A stretch of 40,000 nt of DNA from Acinetobacter celticus (GCF_001707755.1 NZ_MBDL01000010.1:107650-147649); one strand, 5' to 3'; counted from the stretch's first letter, positions 17,287-26,011 are shown. The notes: generated by a model from the sequence alone, not told the origin. Made by a program: numbers and translations.

Positions 17287-17309
17287 AAAAAAGCACCCGG
17301 TTGGGTGCT
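17287..17309 (-). terminator. intrinsic terminator
   Basis: AGCACCC-ggtt-GGGTGCT followed by 6 U on the minus strand. Confidence 0.65.
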
Positions 17310-17323
17310 CTATTTAGATTTGG

Positions 17324-17596
17324 TTATTTGGCTTTAAATTTGTTGTGATCTGCTGTACATGCAGCAAATGCGGCAAACCATATTTTAAACCAATGATTTG
17401 CAGTATTACGCATTACAATTGCATCAGCTCGACCATTATTGAATTTAGGCCTAATTTCGTATTCCATAGAAAATTTATTGAATTCAAGAACCTTGTGATG
17501 ATCTTCGAGATTGGTTTTTTCAAGTTCCTCTAAAACCTCATGTTCAAAAAGCCATACTGTTCGCTCTAAACCTATTTCTTTTGGCTCTTTAACCAT
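17324..17596 (-). CDS. hypothetical accessory protein
   Basis: 90 aa with RBS GAGAAGAAA before the ATG. Bracketed by terminators 17610-17629 and 17287-17309. Confidence 0.5.
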   Translation of the reverse strand: MVKEPKEIGLERTVWLFEHEVLEELEKTNLEDHHKVLEFNKFSMEYEIRPKFNNGRADAIVMRNTANHWFKIWFAAFAACTADHNKFKAK

Positions 17597-17609
17597 TTTC
17601 TTCTCACAT

Positions 17610-17629
17610 AAAAAAGACCCCTTCGGGCC
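17610..17629 (-). terminator. intrinsic terminator after the SieB-like gene
   Basis: Minus-sense GGCCC-gaag-GGGUC (G.U pair valid only in minus sense) followed by UUUUUU. Confidence 0.55.
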
Positions 17630-17683
17630 TAAGTTTGAATTTGATTTGTATAAAAAATTCTATCTTTAATAATTTAGATATTC

Positions 17684-18304
17684 TTAATACCCGAATAAAT
17701 TTCTGTTTTCATTAACAACACGTACACTCTCTGGTGTGTGGTTATATATAAGCTCATCAAGTAATTCCTTTTTATATTTATTGGAGTATATATCGGGGTA
17801 CGTTTGAGCTAATTTTTGCATCATTTCGTTTGGTAGCTTTAGCATTGCTGCTTCACCCGCTCTCGTCATTCTTGCAGTATTACTTGCTAAGGATAAAATC
17901 CCTGCGTTAAGTAACTCTACAACTTCTTGCCCCCTAAATGGCAGCCAAATAGTCTCGGATTGTTGAATGAAAAATTGAAGTAAAACTGCTTTTTCTTGAT
18001 TTGTTAGATTGGTAATCTTCACATCAATTAGTTTTGCTAGCCTTTTTTGATCTCTACTACTTACAAATACATTATGGAAGAAAGTAATTATGGACTTAAT
18101 ACAAAGTACTATTATTGTGATGGCTGAAACTAGAAATATAAGACCGATATAGTTTTTGTACTCTGCTTTAATTTCATTATAGCCTGTTAGATCAGCTACC
18201 CCCATTACATTGTAAGAGAGTAAGCCGGCTACAATACAAACGACATAAAGTAAAATATTGTGTGTTCTAAAAATATCTAGAATTGCTTTAAACAAATTTT
18301 CCAT
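17684..18304 (-). CDS. superinfection exclusion protein B (SieB)-like membrane protein
   Basis: 206 aa with two N-terminal TM helices. LTNQEKAVLLQFFIQQSETIWLPFRGQEVVELLNAGIL matches my memory of the SieB family core (EKAVLREF...LP...V..L...GI). Line 18061-18120 is about 23% GC by hand count. Confidence 0.6.
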   Translation of the reverse strand: MENLFKAILDIFRTHNILLYVVCIVAGLLSYNVMGVADLTGYNEIKAEYKNYIGLIFLVSAITIIVLCIKSIITFFHNVFVSSRDQKRLAKLIDVKITNLTNQEKAVLLQFFIQQSETIWLPFRGQEVVELLNAGILSLASNTARMTRAGEAAMLKLPNEMMQKLAQTYPDIYSNKYKKELLDELIYNHTPESVRVVNENRNLFGY

Positions 18305-18351
18305 AAAGAATATTTTAAATGATTTTATGTTGGATTAATTTATCATAAAAA

Positions 18352-19473
18352 TCACAACCCTACCGCCTCAAACGTCTTTTTATCCAAAGCCCTAAGCTCA
18401 GCCAACGTATAACCACGCTTATTTAATGGATCGGCAAACTTATCAATACTGTACTCGCCCTTTTTATAAAGTTCGTACTTTGACTTACCAAGCCAAGTCT
18501 TTTTAAAGAACTCATCCGATTGTTCAAAGAACTCCTTGAATGATGTATTGGCATCCAACTGCCCAATAAGGTGATTACGCTCTTCTTTGGGAATATCCTT
18601 AACTTTTCGCTCATCCATTACAAATGGTCGTTGACCTGCAATGTTTCCATCCTTGTCACAACCAACATATGTTGTGCGGTTGTGCGGATGCACTGGAAAG
18701 CGTGGTCTAGTCGGATCATCAATGTGATAAACCTTGCCATCAATTGAAGCACAGTATTTACATGTACGACCATCCAGTGTGGCCACAACTTTTACATACT
18801 CATAACCAAGCGCCTTATACACATCAATATATGCGGCATTGGATACGTGACTGCGTGCGGTTCTTACCTGACGCTCAATGACATAACGTTCTGACTGGAG
18901 CAATCCATCCTTATAATCAAGCGACTTTCGCCCTTTAATTCGATTGATAATCTGCTGATTAGTCTGACCTTGTGAAAATCCATCACGAATGACGTATTCC
19001 ACTTTCTTACGCAAACTGGCAGCAATATCAGCAAAGAGATAATCAACCAACTGGCCACCGGAGAAAGGCGCCTTTTTGGCTTTCTGATATAGCTTTTCAC
19101 CATCAGTTTTAAGTGTCTTGCCCATCAAAGTGACGGTATAACCAGCCTCATAAACTGCCAAAGCAATAGCAGACTGCTCAAATATTGTAGGTAGCTCTGT
19201 ACTTAATGAGGAAAACCACTCGTTTAAAGTGGTTTTAATTTCTTCAATATTCCGACTGGCTTTTGCTCTACTTGAAAAGTTAAGACCTTGTAAGGCTTTA
19301 CGCTCTGAATCAGTTAGATCTTCAAACAGCTCGCTTAATTTAAGCAGTTGCTCATTGGATAACTTATCAAAGACCTTGATCAGATCATTGACGTTCTGAG
19401 AGGATGCACGATATAGATATGCCTGATGTTGAATCAGCGCATCAAGTAAGGCTTTTTGCGCTGATACGTTCAT
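18352..19473 (-). CDS. minor head protein, Mu gpF / SPP1 gp7-like
   Basis: 373 aa downstream of portal. ATLDGRTCKYCASIDGKVY fits the Phage_Mu_F motif region. Confidence 0.7.
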   Translation of the reverse strand: MNVSAQKALLDALIQHQAYLYRASSQNVNDLIKVFDKLSNEQLLKLSELFEDLTDSERKALQGLNFSSRAKASRNIEEIKTTLNEWFSSLSTELPTIFEQSAIALAVYEAGYTVTLMGKTLKTDGEKLYQKAKKAPFSGGQLVDYLFADIAASLRKKVEYVIRDGFSQGQTNQQIINRIKGRKSLDYKDGLLQSERYVIERQVRTARSHVSNAAYIDVYKALGYEYVKVVATLDGRTCKYCASIDGKVYHIDDPTRPRFPVHPHNRTTYVGCDKDGNIAGQRPFVMDERKVKDIPKEERNHLIGQLDANTSFKEFFEQSDEFFKKTWLGKSKYELYKKGEYSIDKFADPLNKRGYTLAELRALDKKTFEAVGL

Positions 19474-19487
19474 AAATTTAGCTCATT

Positions 19488-19509
19488 AAAAAACCCTCAC
19501 TAGGAGGGC
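19488..19509 (-). terminator. intrinsic terminator
   Basis: CCCTC/GAGGG stem followed by 6 U on the minus strand. Confidence 0.55.
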
Positions 19510-19513
19510 TAAA

Positions 19514-19747
19514 TTAGTTCATTTTCCATGTAAACGGCGTGTCGTCACGAGTTGAAACTCCAACCTCGTATCCTAAAAACTTCATATCCACCATACCTGT
19601 ATCCATTGGGATAGTTTTAATAAAATCACTTTGTTCACTCAGTAAGCTTTTATGAGTGTTAGCGCTTACTGATAGGTAGTTTGGCACTGAATGGTTTTGA
19701 TCTATGTAATCAAAATATGCTTGTTTTATTTGTTCTGGCAAAGTCAT
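19514..19747 (-). CDS. hypothetical protein (77 aa from ATG 19747)
   Basis: RBS GAGGTATAAA precedes ATG 19745-19747. The track start is TTG 19762. Followed by terminator 19488-19509. Confidence 0.5.
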   Translation of the reverse strand: MTLPEQIKQAYFDYIDQNHSVPNYLSVSANTHKSLLSEQSDFIKTIPMDTGMVDMKFLGYEVGVSTRDDTPFTWKMN

Positions 19748-19846
19748 TTTATACCTCGGCAAATAATTTGAGTGAATTGCAGAAAACCAATAGGTTGATA
19801 ATCTGATTTAGGCGCTCCCCCTTCTCGCTCAATAATTGTACATGAA

Positions 19847-21259
19847 TTATTCAAGACCACCATCATTCCGCTGTTCTATTTTCTTCTCAATTTCTTCCCA
19901 TTTTTCCTCTGAGAAGATGCCAGTCTGTTCATACTGATACCAGACCACCCAAGGCAGGTTACCACCCACACACGCCTCATAAAGACGCTTAGCACGTTCC
20001 TCACTGAATTTAGGCTTGTTGAAGTCTTGGGAGATGACATAGTTCAGTTCATCAGGACTTAAATCATGATTTGGCAATGAAAACTTCGCACACCATCGCA
20101 AAGCCATTTGAAATGCTTCACTGATATTCGATACGGCGAGCGATAAAACCGAATGTTGTACAGAGTCTTCATTATCGGCTTGAGTCGCAGTCTTATTTGC
20201 CGATCCAACCTCAATAAGTCGAGCACCCATCTCTTTCATCTGTGCCCATTTATCAGTCATGAGCGTTTTAGCAAGATTATTTTCTTTCGCCTGAACAATC
20301 TCAACCTTTGTCGGGAACCCAGAACGACCACCAATAGCCAAGCCATCTTTTTGGATAATTTTATATTGCTCGGTTGTGACTGCTGGCATTGAGATGATCG
20401 GTTGACCAACTACAAAGCCCGATTCTTCAACATCGGCACTATTTCGATAATGTGCAAGATTGATATCAGCAAGCTCCAATAAAGGCGCGTTTCCAATCTC
20501 ATCCGTATTGTCTACAGCACCACAAAATGTGAATGGAATATAGGACCATGTTTTACCGTGATAATCGGTAGGAGTATATTTAGTCCCTTCAATCCATTCG
20601 CCCTTTTCATTCTGCGTGTGGATTTGGACTGTATACACATGACCAGTTTCATTTTCTTCTAAACGCAATACACGATATTGATCTTTAATTTCACGACCAA
20701 AGCCATCAGCACTTCGAGTAGCTACAGATTCTCGAATCTTCACAAACGAAGTCTTTTTCTGATTACCGACAATAATATGGTCCCAGTCTTCAACCGAAGC
20801 TGCTTTCAAAATATGAATCATCGGGAAAGCATTTTTTAACTTGTCCTCAGCACGGTTTCGAGAAGGTGCAACTTGTGGATAATCTACATAAACACCACAG
20901 CGATAATGCTTTGAAATAAGTCGCAGTGAGTGCTGTGATGCTTGATAAATACTTCGACCTGAACCATCTGCGTTTCGATCTAGATATTCCAAATCATCTG
21001 GACGCTTAAAATCAGGCAGCTTATTAAATGCAGATCCAACATGACTATTCAAAGTTCGTCCAGTCACACCATAAAATACAGCACGATCTAAATACTCTTC
21101 ATACCGATCCTTATCCCCATCCCCAAAAGTAATAGGAACGGGTAAATAGGTTTTACCCTTTGCCTTAACTGCTTTCTGACCTTCACAAACATCATCTACT
21201 TTTGTCCAAAGATCGATGTGCTTGAGATAATCAGCATGTTTAGATGTAATGCCTTTCAT
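19847..21259 (-). CDS. portal protein (DUF4055-type)
   Basis: 470 aa with an ATGA overlap to the TerL stop. EEYLDRAVFYGVTGRTLNSHVGSAFNKLP resembles the portal/DUF4055 N-terminal signature. Confidence 0.8.
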   Translation of the reverse strand: MKGITSKHADYLKHIDLWTKVDDVCEGQKAVKAKGKTYLPVPITFGDGDKDRYEEYLDRAVFYGVTGRTLNSHVGSAFNKLPDFKRPDDLEYLDRNADGSGRSIYQASQHSLRLISKHYRCGVYVDYPQVAPSRNRAEDKLKNAFPMIHILKAASVEDWDHIIVGNQKKTSFVKIRESVATRSADGFGREIKDQYRVLRLEENETGHVYTVQIHTQNEKGEWIEGTKYTPTDYHGKTWSYIPFTFCGAVDNTDEIGNAPLLELADINLAHYRNSADVEESGFVVGQPIISMPAVTTEQYKIIQKDGLAIGGRSGFPTKVEIVQAKENNLAKTLMTDKWAQMKEMGARLIEVGSANKTATQADNEDSVQHSVLSLAVSNISEAFQMALRWCAKFSLPNHDLSPDELNYVISQDFNKPKFSEERAKRLYEACVGGNLPWVVWYQYEQTGIFSEEKWEEIEKKIEQRNDGGLE

Positions 21260-22563
21260 CTTCTTCTTCCAAAAATAGGGATATCGAGTCGGGTGACTGG
21301 TTTAATAATTGGGAAACGCTTAGCTAATGGGTAACCACCGGCATCACCAACGTGATCAAGCCCAGATTTCTTATCTGGCATACCAAAATCGTCGTAAACC
21401 TGTTGCTCTAAGGTTTCAGTAAAACGTGGACATTTATTCGTATTCACCAATAGCGTACGTTCATTATCACCATTTAGAATGAGTGCATTCACCGCATTGA
21501 TACGATCTTTAATGGCTGGGTTTATTCCATCAACTTCAACTGTAAATCCTTTATCACGTAAAATTTGATGATCCGACTCACTACTATTTTTTGATGAAGT
21601 CGATTGCCCTGCGGCATCTGGTATTACCGTCATTTCATGAAATGGAAAACGCTCAATAAGTAATGTGGCCATCGTCGGTGTATCACGTACACCAACCATT
21701 TCATCTAACGCCAATGGCTTACCCTCACGAATAACATAAACCACGGCAGCCATTTTTAAGACGTTGAAGTCCATCCCGATGATCAAATGTTCACCTGATT
21801 TAATTTCTTCATCGGTATGATTTAGTTTTCGATCAAAGTCTGGATATACAGCACCACTGGTTAAATTGACAAACTGCCCACGCAAATACGCTGAAATCAA
21901 CTGAGGTGGGTAGGATTCATATAACGATGAAATATAATCATCGGGTAAATTGGCTTCATTGTCATAAGTAGAAGCCTGAATCATTCCATACAGCGCACGC
22001 TTTGCAGGGGTTAAATTCGCCTCTTTTACAAACTGCTGATGTGTGAACTTAAATCCCTCAGGTGTAGTTGCAACATCAATACCATTTATAAGACCGGGAT
22101 GTTTCACACGCATACGAGCGATAATTTTCCGCCATGCTTGCTGGGCCTTAACCGTTGGCATAACATCCAACTCATCAATCAAAGCATGTCCAATCTTAAA
22201 ACCTACAATCGTTTGAGGCTTTTCCATCGATCGACAAATAATTGTGCTTCGATACTGACGACCATAGTAGATATCCACTTCTTTATTTGATTCATAAATC
22301 TTGGTCTTTAATCCCCAGTCAAATGCCACCTCATCAATAGTCGGAAAGAAGATATCCCGAATCTGTGGATAGGTTGGTGCAAAGTAACCTAATGGTACCT
22401 TAGGAAATTCCCAAGATTTATCGCATAGGCTTGAACAACCTACCCACGTCTTTCCTGATCCAAAACCAGCAACAAATGCACGAAACTTATTTTCTAGCTG
22501 TAAGAAATTAGCCTGAGGTACATTCAGGGTCGGATTGATGTTCGGCATTTTCTTTACTCGCAT
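21256..22563 (-). CDS. terL: terminase large subunit
   Basis: 435 aa with Walker A VAGFGSGKT near the N-terminus. Position between TerS-like and portal genes. Confidence 0.85.
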   Translation of the reverse strand: MRVKKMPNINPTLNVPQANFLQLENKFRAFVAGFGSGKTWVGCSSLCDKSWEFPKVPLGYFAPTYPQIRDIFFPTIDEVAFDWGLKTKIYESNKEVDIYYGRQYRSTIICRSMEKPQTIVGFKIGHALIDELDVMPTVKAQQAWRKIIARMRVKHPGLINGIDVATTPEGFKFTHQQFVKEANLTPAKRALYGMIQASTYDNEANLPDDYISSLYESYPPQLISAYLRGQFVNLTSGAVYPDFDRKLNHTDEEIKSGEHLIIGMDFNVLKMAAVVYVIREGKPLALDEMVGVRDTPTMATLLIERFPFHEMTVIPDAAGQSTSSKNSSESDHQILRDKGFTVEVDGINPAIKDRINAVNALILNGDNERTLLVNTNKCPRFTETLEQQVYDDFGMPDKKSGLDHVGDAGGYPLAKRFPIIKPVTRLDIPIFGRRR

Positions 22564-23029
22564 CTACGACCTGAATGGTCACTTTGACTGGAGTCGGATC
22601 ATCTGCCCCCTCACCATCACCGTTTTTAATCTTGTCAATTTCAAGTTGCTTTAACTGAGCATCTAGCAATTGTATTTCGTAACCCTGCATTTCATCTTTA
22701 ATTTGCTTTATCAGTTTGGTTTTCATGACACGATTGCCAGTAAGGCCGTTATACATTTTCTGTAATTCAGTAAGACGAACAGCCTTATTTGCCAAAGGAA
22801 TGTCATGAATATTGGTCTGAAACTCTTTTCTAGTTCTAGTAAAAAGATCTTTTAATTTTTTACTAAGATTCTTACCTGTTGCCTTTGTTGGATCGTATAG
22901 CGCTACCTGTTGTCGCAATATTTCAATGTTAAATTCTTGCTTTACAGACTCCACTACCTGTTGAGGGGTTTCAAAGCAAGCAAGAGATTGAACTATAAAG
23001 ATTTTTATAGGCTCCCTTAATGTTGCCAT
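22508..23029 (-). CDS. terS: terminase small subunit, DUF2280-like
   Basis: 173 aa with RBS AAGGGG. The N-terminus IKIFIVQSLACFETPQQVVESVKQEFNIEILRQQVALYDP matches the DUF2280 pattern. Overlaps the TerL start by 56 nt. Confidence 0.65.
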   Translation of the reverse strand: MATLREPIKIFIVQSLACFETPQQVVESVKQEFNIEILRQQVALYDPTKATGKNLSKKLKDLFTRTRKEFQTNIHDIPLANKAVRLTELQKMYNGLTGNRVMKTKLIKQIKDEMQGYEIQLLDAQLKQLEIDKIKNGDGEGADDPTPVKVTIQVVDASKENAEHQSDPECTSG

Positions 23030-23067
23030 AAATGCCCCTTTGTAAAGCTACGTAAAGCAAGATAGGC

Positions 23068-23089
23068 AAAAAAAAGAGCCCTAAGGCTC
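23068..23089 (-). terminator. intrinsic terminator immediately upstream of terS
   Basis: GAGCC-ctaa-GGCTC followed by 8 U on the minus strand. Confidence 0.6.
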
Positions 23090-23729
23090 AATTAATCACA
23101 CACGTTCCACAACACGCTGAAATATTAGTTTCTGAAACAAACGGCGCATTCTTCGCAATTTCAATAAGGCGTTTGACTGATTCATCTGCGCCCCATCTTT
23201 TGGTCTCACCGAAGAACACTTCTACATCATGGCCCGCAAGATAATGCTTAGGCAGACCCGTATTATCGCTATAGATTGGCTCACCGTCTGCATCTCGCTC
23301 TACCCCAATGTGATACAGCTCATGTTCGATGAGTCGGCAAAATTCACGGTCAGTCGTATTTTCACAATAACTTGCATCAATGGTAATGAGGTAAACAGGT
23401 ACGGCGCCAAACCAGTCTCGCATCTGTTGCTCTTGGCGTGCTTTCTTCCATCCACCTTGGTTAAACATCACTTTTTCACATTGACCCAAGACCATTCTCT
23501 TTTTGGCAACACATGCAGATGAAGCCCAAGCAAACGCTAAAAAGTTCTCATCATCGTGAATCAGTTCTGCAATGTGGTCATGATCTGGGTTGTGAAGTTC
23601 ACCGCCAATCGTCAACCAGTTTTTAATGACCCAGTCTTTCAAATCCACGGCGGGCGCAAGCAGAATAGCTTCTTGTTCTTCTGCTCGGTCAATTAGGTCT
23701 GTCGGTGGAAATGGTCTCATCTGTTCCAT
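23088..23729 (-). CDS. putative phage metallopeptidase (HExxH)
   Basis: 213 aa. IEHELYHIGVERDADGEP...LAGHDVEVFFGETKRWG matches the phage putative-metallopeptidase family pattern. Confidence 0.7.
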   Translation of the reverse strand: MEQMRPFPPTDLIDRAEEQEAILLAPAVDLKDWVIKNWLTIGGELHNPDHDHIAELIHDDENFLAFAWASSACVAKKRMVLGQCEKVMFNQGGWKKARQEQQMRDWFGAVPVYLITIDASYCENTTDREFCRLIEHELYHIGVERDADGEPIYSDNTGLPKHYLAGHDVEVFFGETKRWGADESVKRLIEIAKNAPFVSETNISACCGTCVIN

Positions 23730-24126
23730 CCTCTAATCTCTCTAACTGATCTTTAATCCACTGAATGACATAACCCGATTCAATATGATCAGGCTCAAAG
23801 CGTATATGCCTATAACCCATATCTTCAGCTAAATCATATTTATTAAATGCGTTTGCGATCTTTCTTCCACCGCGACCAACCGACCATGGGCTACCCGCTA
23901 TTTCAATAAGAAGTTTCAACTTCACAATATGAAAATCGAATCGCCAATTTTTGGTAGATTCAAATTGAAATTTGCGCTCATAGCCAATCAGGTGTTCTTC
24001 TAATTCTTGAAATAAGGCTTCTTCCGCTTCCAGATATGCTTCTTTTGCCTTAGGTAATAGTTTGGCACGAGGCTTAGTTTTAGGTGGGCGTTTCTTGGTT
24101 TTCCAAAAATAGCTGTCAACATCCAT
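23689..24126 (-). CDS. Vsr/DUF559-like PD-(D/E)XK fold protein, degenerate paralogue of 27681..28127
   Basis: 145 aa. WRFDFHIVKLKLLIEIAGSPWSVGRGG...YRHIRF aligns by eye with WRADFHLIGMGILIEVEGGIWSNGRHTRG...YQVYRY. The EVEG motif is changed to EIAG. Confidence 0.6.
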   Translation of the reverse strand: MDVDSYFWKTKKRPPKTKPRAKLLPKAKEAYLEAEEALFQELEEHLIGYERKFQFESTKNWRFDFHIVKLKLLIEIAGSPWSVGRGGRKIANAFNKYDLAEDMGYRHIRFEPDHIESGYVIQWIKDQLERLEDGTDETISTDRPN

Positions 24127-24161
24127 AAATTGCGCCCATTAAAAAACCGCCCGAGAGAGGC

Positions 24162-24851
24162 TTATTTTAATTTTCCATCTGTGTAATATTTTTCAACCCT
24201 ATCTACCATGGCTGGATCAGCATCTTCTTCTAAGTAGAAACAAGGTCGATACTTTTCTATATAAGAGTTTATTAAATACTGCTTATCTGGAATCGTGTGT
24301 TTCAACATAATTTGGGCTGCTACCGTAATTAAATTGTTAGACTGCCCTAACATCGGATAAAGCAAGTCACTTTTAAAACCCATTACATTTCTTGTAAAGG
24401 CTTGTTTACCAGTATGTACGAAGGAGTTTAATTGCTTTAGATGGTATTTTTTAAAACCACATAGGTGATCTATGATTAGCTTTGCTTCTAAATCTGCATT
24501 ACTAAGCTTATCCAACATTTCGCTCACCGCTGGGCATGTATCACTTTCGAACTGCTCCTCAAAGGTATAACTAAAGTTTAGCTTTGATACTTGATGGTTC
24601 GTAGCAATAAATAAAAGCCAGTACGCCCTAACGACCGCCTCAAATTGAGACCTTAGCAAAATCATTGCTTGGGTTGGTAATCCAGCCACAAGTAAGCTAT
24701 TAACCCCTATACCATGCTCAAATGAAATATAGATACATTGCTCAACCAATTCTAATCTGGGCCCACAATCCATTACATCGCTATCAATGATTTCTTGCTT
24801 GAGCTCGGTTATCATTTTTAAAGACAATTCAAATAATTTTTCTTTATTCAC
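24162..24851 (-). CDS. helical accessory protein with DUF5677/AbiV-like pattern
   Basis: 229 aa. GVNSLLVAGLPTQAMILLRSQFEAVVRAYWLL resembles the DUF5677/AbiV core. A+T-rich. Terminator 24900-24923 lies upstream and a weak terminator-like T-run element about 24133-24160 lies downstream. Confidence 0.5.
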   Translation of the reverse strand: MNKEKLFELSLKMITELKQEIIDSDVMDCGPRLELVEQCIYISFEHGIGVNSLLVAGLPTQAMILLRSQFEAVVRAYWLLFIATNHQVSKLNFSYTFEEQFESDTCPAVSEMLDKLSNADLEAKLIIDHLCGFKKYHLKQLNSFVHTGKQAFTRNVMGFKSDLLYPMLGQSNNLITVAAQIMLKHTIPDKQYLINSYIEKYRPCFYLEEDADPAMVDRVEKYYTDGKLK

Positions 24852-24899
24852 AATGACTTCTTTTATAAATAAAACAATATCTTATTATTCAACTCATTA

Positions 24900-24923
24900 A
24901 AAAACCACCCGAAGGTGGTTTTT
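24900..24923. terminator. bidirectional terminator
   Basis: AAACCACC-cgaa-GGTGGTTT. Confidence 0.65.
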
Positions 24924-24937
24924 ATACACTTTTAATT

Positions 24938-25294
24938 TTAAGAAAAATCTAATTCTTTTTCAAAACGTTTTAATTCATGACGAGCCATAGCTAAGTTAGC
25001 CTTTTGACGATCTAAAACAAGGTATAGGAATAATGAATCATTCGTATCAAGTGGGCGAATCAAGTGATATTGCTTACCCAAAGTGATTAAAATATCCTCA
25101 ATCGAATCATTCAAGCCTAAAGATTTTGCCACTTTACGTTTAGCACGAATTACTTCTGTATTTCCAGCTGCAGCAAGCTCTAAGTCTATGCCTGATCCCA
25201 TAGTAGCCAAAGCTAAGCCACTTTCACTTTCAACAAGTGCGCCAACTACAAAACCATCAATATCGTTTAAAGCTTCCAAGCTTAATTTAGCCAT
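24938..25294 (-). CDS. Roadblock/LC7 (MglB-like) domain protein
   Basis: 118 aa from ATG 25294 (RBS AAGGGG). [25 protein letters not shown]...[16 protein letters not shown]...HLIRPL...[18 protein letters not shown] follows the Roadblock fold pattern. Confidence 0.6.
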   Translation of the reverse strand: MAKLSLEALNDIDGFVVGALVESESGLALATMGSGIDLELAAAGNTEVIRAKRKVAKSLGLNDSIEDILITLGKQYHLIRPLDTNDSLFLYLVLDRQKANLAMARHELKRFEKELDFS

Positions 25295-25433
25295 TAGTAA
25301 CAACCCCTTTATGGAATAAAAAAATAGGAGACAAGTTGTGTCCACCCAAACTTAACATTCACATATTTCAGTAATATTATCAATGGTAAAAATTTACCTT
25401 TTATATCAAAACCCATAAGAACTTATTAAATAA

Positions 25434-25610
25434 TTAGAAGATATGTAACGTTTCACGCAAATTAGCAATACGTTCTTTCAGCCGAATCATCACATTATCA
25501 ATTGCGATTAACTCATTATGTCTTAAACCTGTTCGACTCAAGTTTTGATATTTACTCAGTTCATCACAACAGAACTGCAAATCTTTTTTAGCTTGTACAC
25601 GATCTGTCAT
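25434..25610 (-). CDS. 58-aa helical micro-protein (below ORF-track cutoff)
   Basis: Hand translation with RBS GAGGTAATC gives MTDRVQAKKDLQFCCDELSKYQNLSRTGLRHNELIAIDNVMIRLKERIANLRETLHIF, with stop TAA at 25434-25436. Confidence 0.4.
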   Translation of the reverse strand: MTDRVQAKKDLQFCCDELSKYQNLSRTGLRHNELIAIDNVMIRLKERIANLRETLHIF

Positions 25611-25630
25611 GATTACCTCGAATAGAAAAG

Positions 25631-25667
25631 AAAAACCCCGCCAACATCTAGAATGCGACGGGGTTTT
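25631..25667. terminator. hairpin with flanking A/T runs
   Basis: CCCCG...CGGGG stem with an 18-nt loop. Confidence 0.4.
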
Positions 25668-25692
25668 ATATGCCGTAATACGTTCGGCGAAA

Positions 25693-25809
25693 CTAGGTTA
25701 TCTCTTTAACCTTAAGGCAATCTCGACAAAACTTTAATTCACCATCAGTGCAGTGATGAATTTCAGTCACACCATGAAAGCCGAATAAGCATTTTAAAAA
25801 TTGGAACAT
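25693..25809 (-). CDS. 38-aa Cys/His-rich micro-protein (possible zinc ribbon)
   Basis: Hand translation with RBS AGGAGA gives MFQFLKCLFGFHGVTEIHHCTDGELKFCRDCLKVKEIT, with stop TAG at 25693-25695. Followed by hairpin 25631-25667. Confidence 0.35.
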   Translation of the reverse strand: MFQFLKCLFGFHGVTEIHHCTDGELKFCRDCLKVKEIT

Positions 25810-25820
25810 TTGATTCTCCT

Positions 25821-25844
25821 TACACCGGAGCTTACACCGGAGCT
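25821..25844. repeat. perfect 12-bp tandem duplication TACACCGGAGCT x2
   Basis: Copies at 25821-32 and 25833-44. The repeat abuts the RBS of the 38-aa micro-ORF on the minus strand. Confidence 0.8.
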
Positions 25845-26011
25845 AAGTTTTAATTTGGTGTAATTCCACCATTTAGATGTGACCTCAACGATATGGTACC
25901 CTCACAAATGAAGTTACCATCAGCAGGGTAAATGTATTCTTATGATTTTAAAGGTATCGAATTCGATCTAATTAAAACTGGCATATTCGCCATAATTAGA
26001 ATCTTAGTAAT

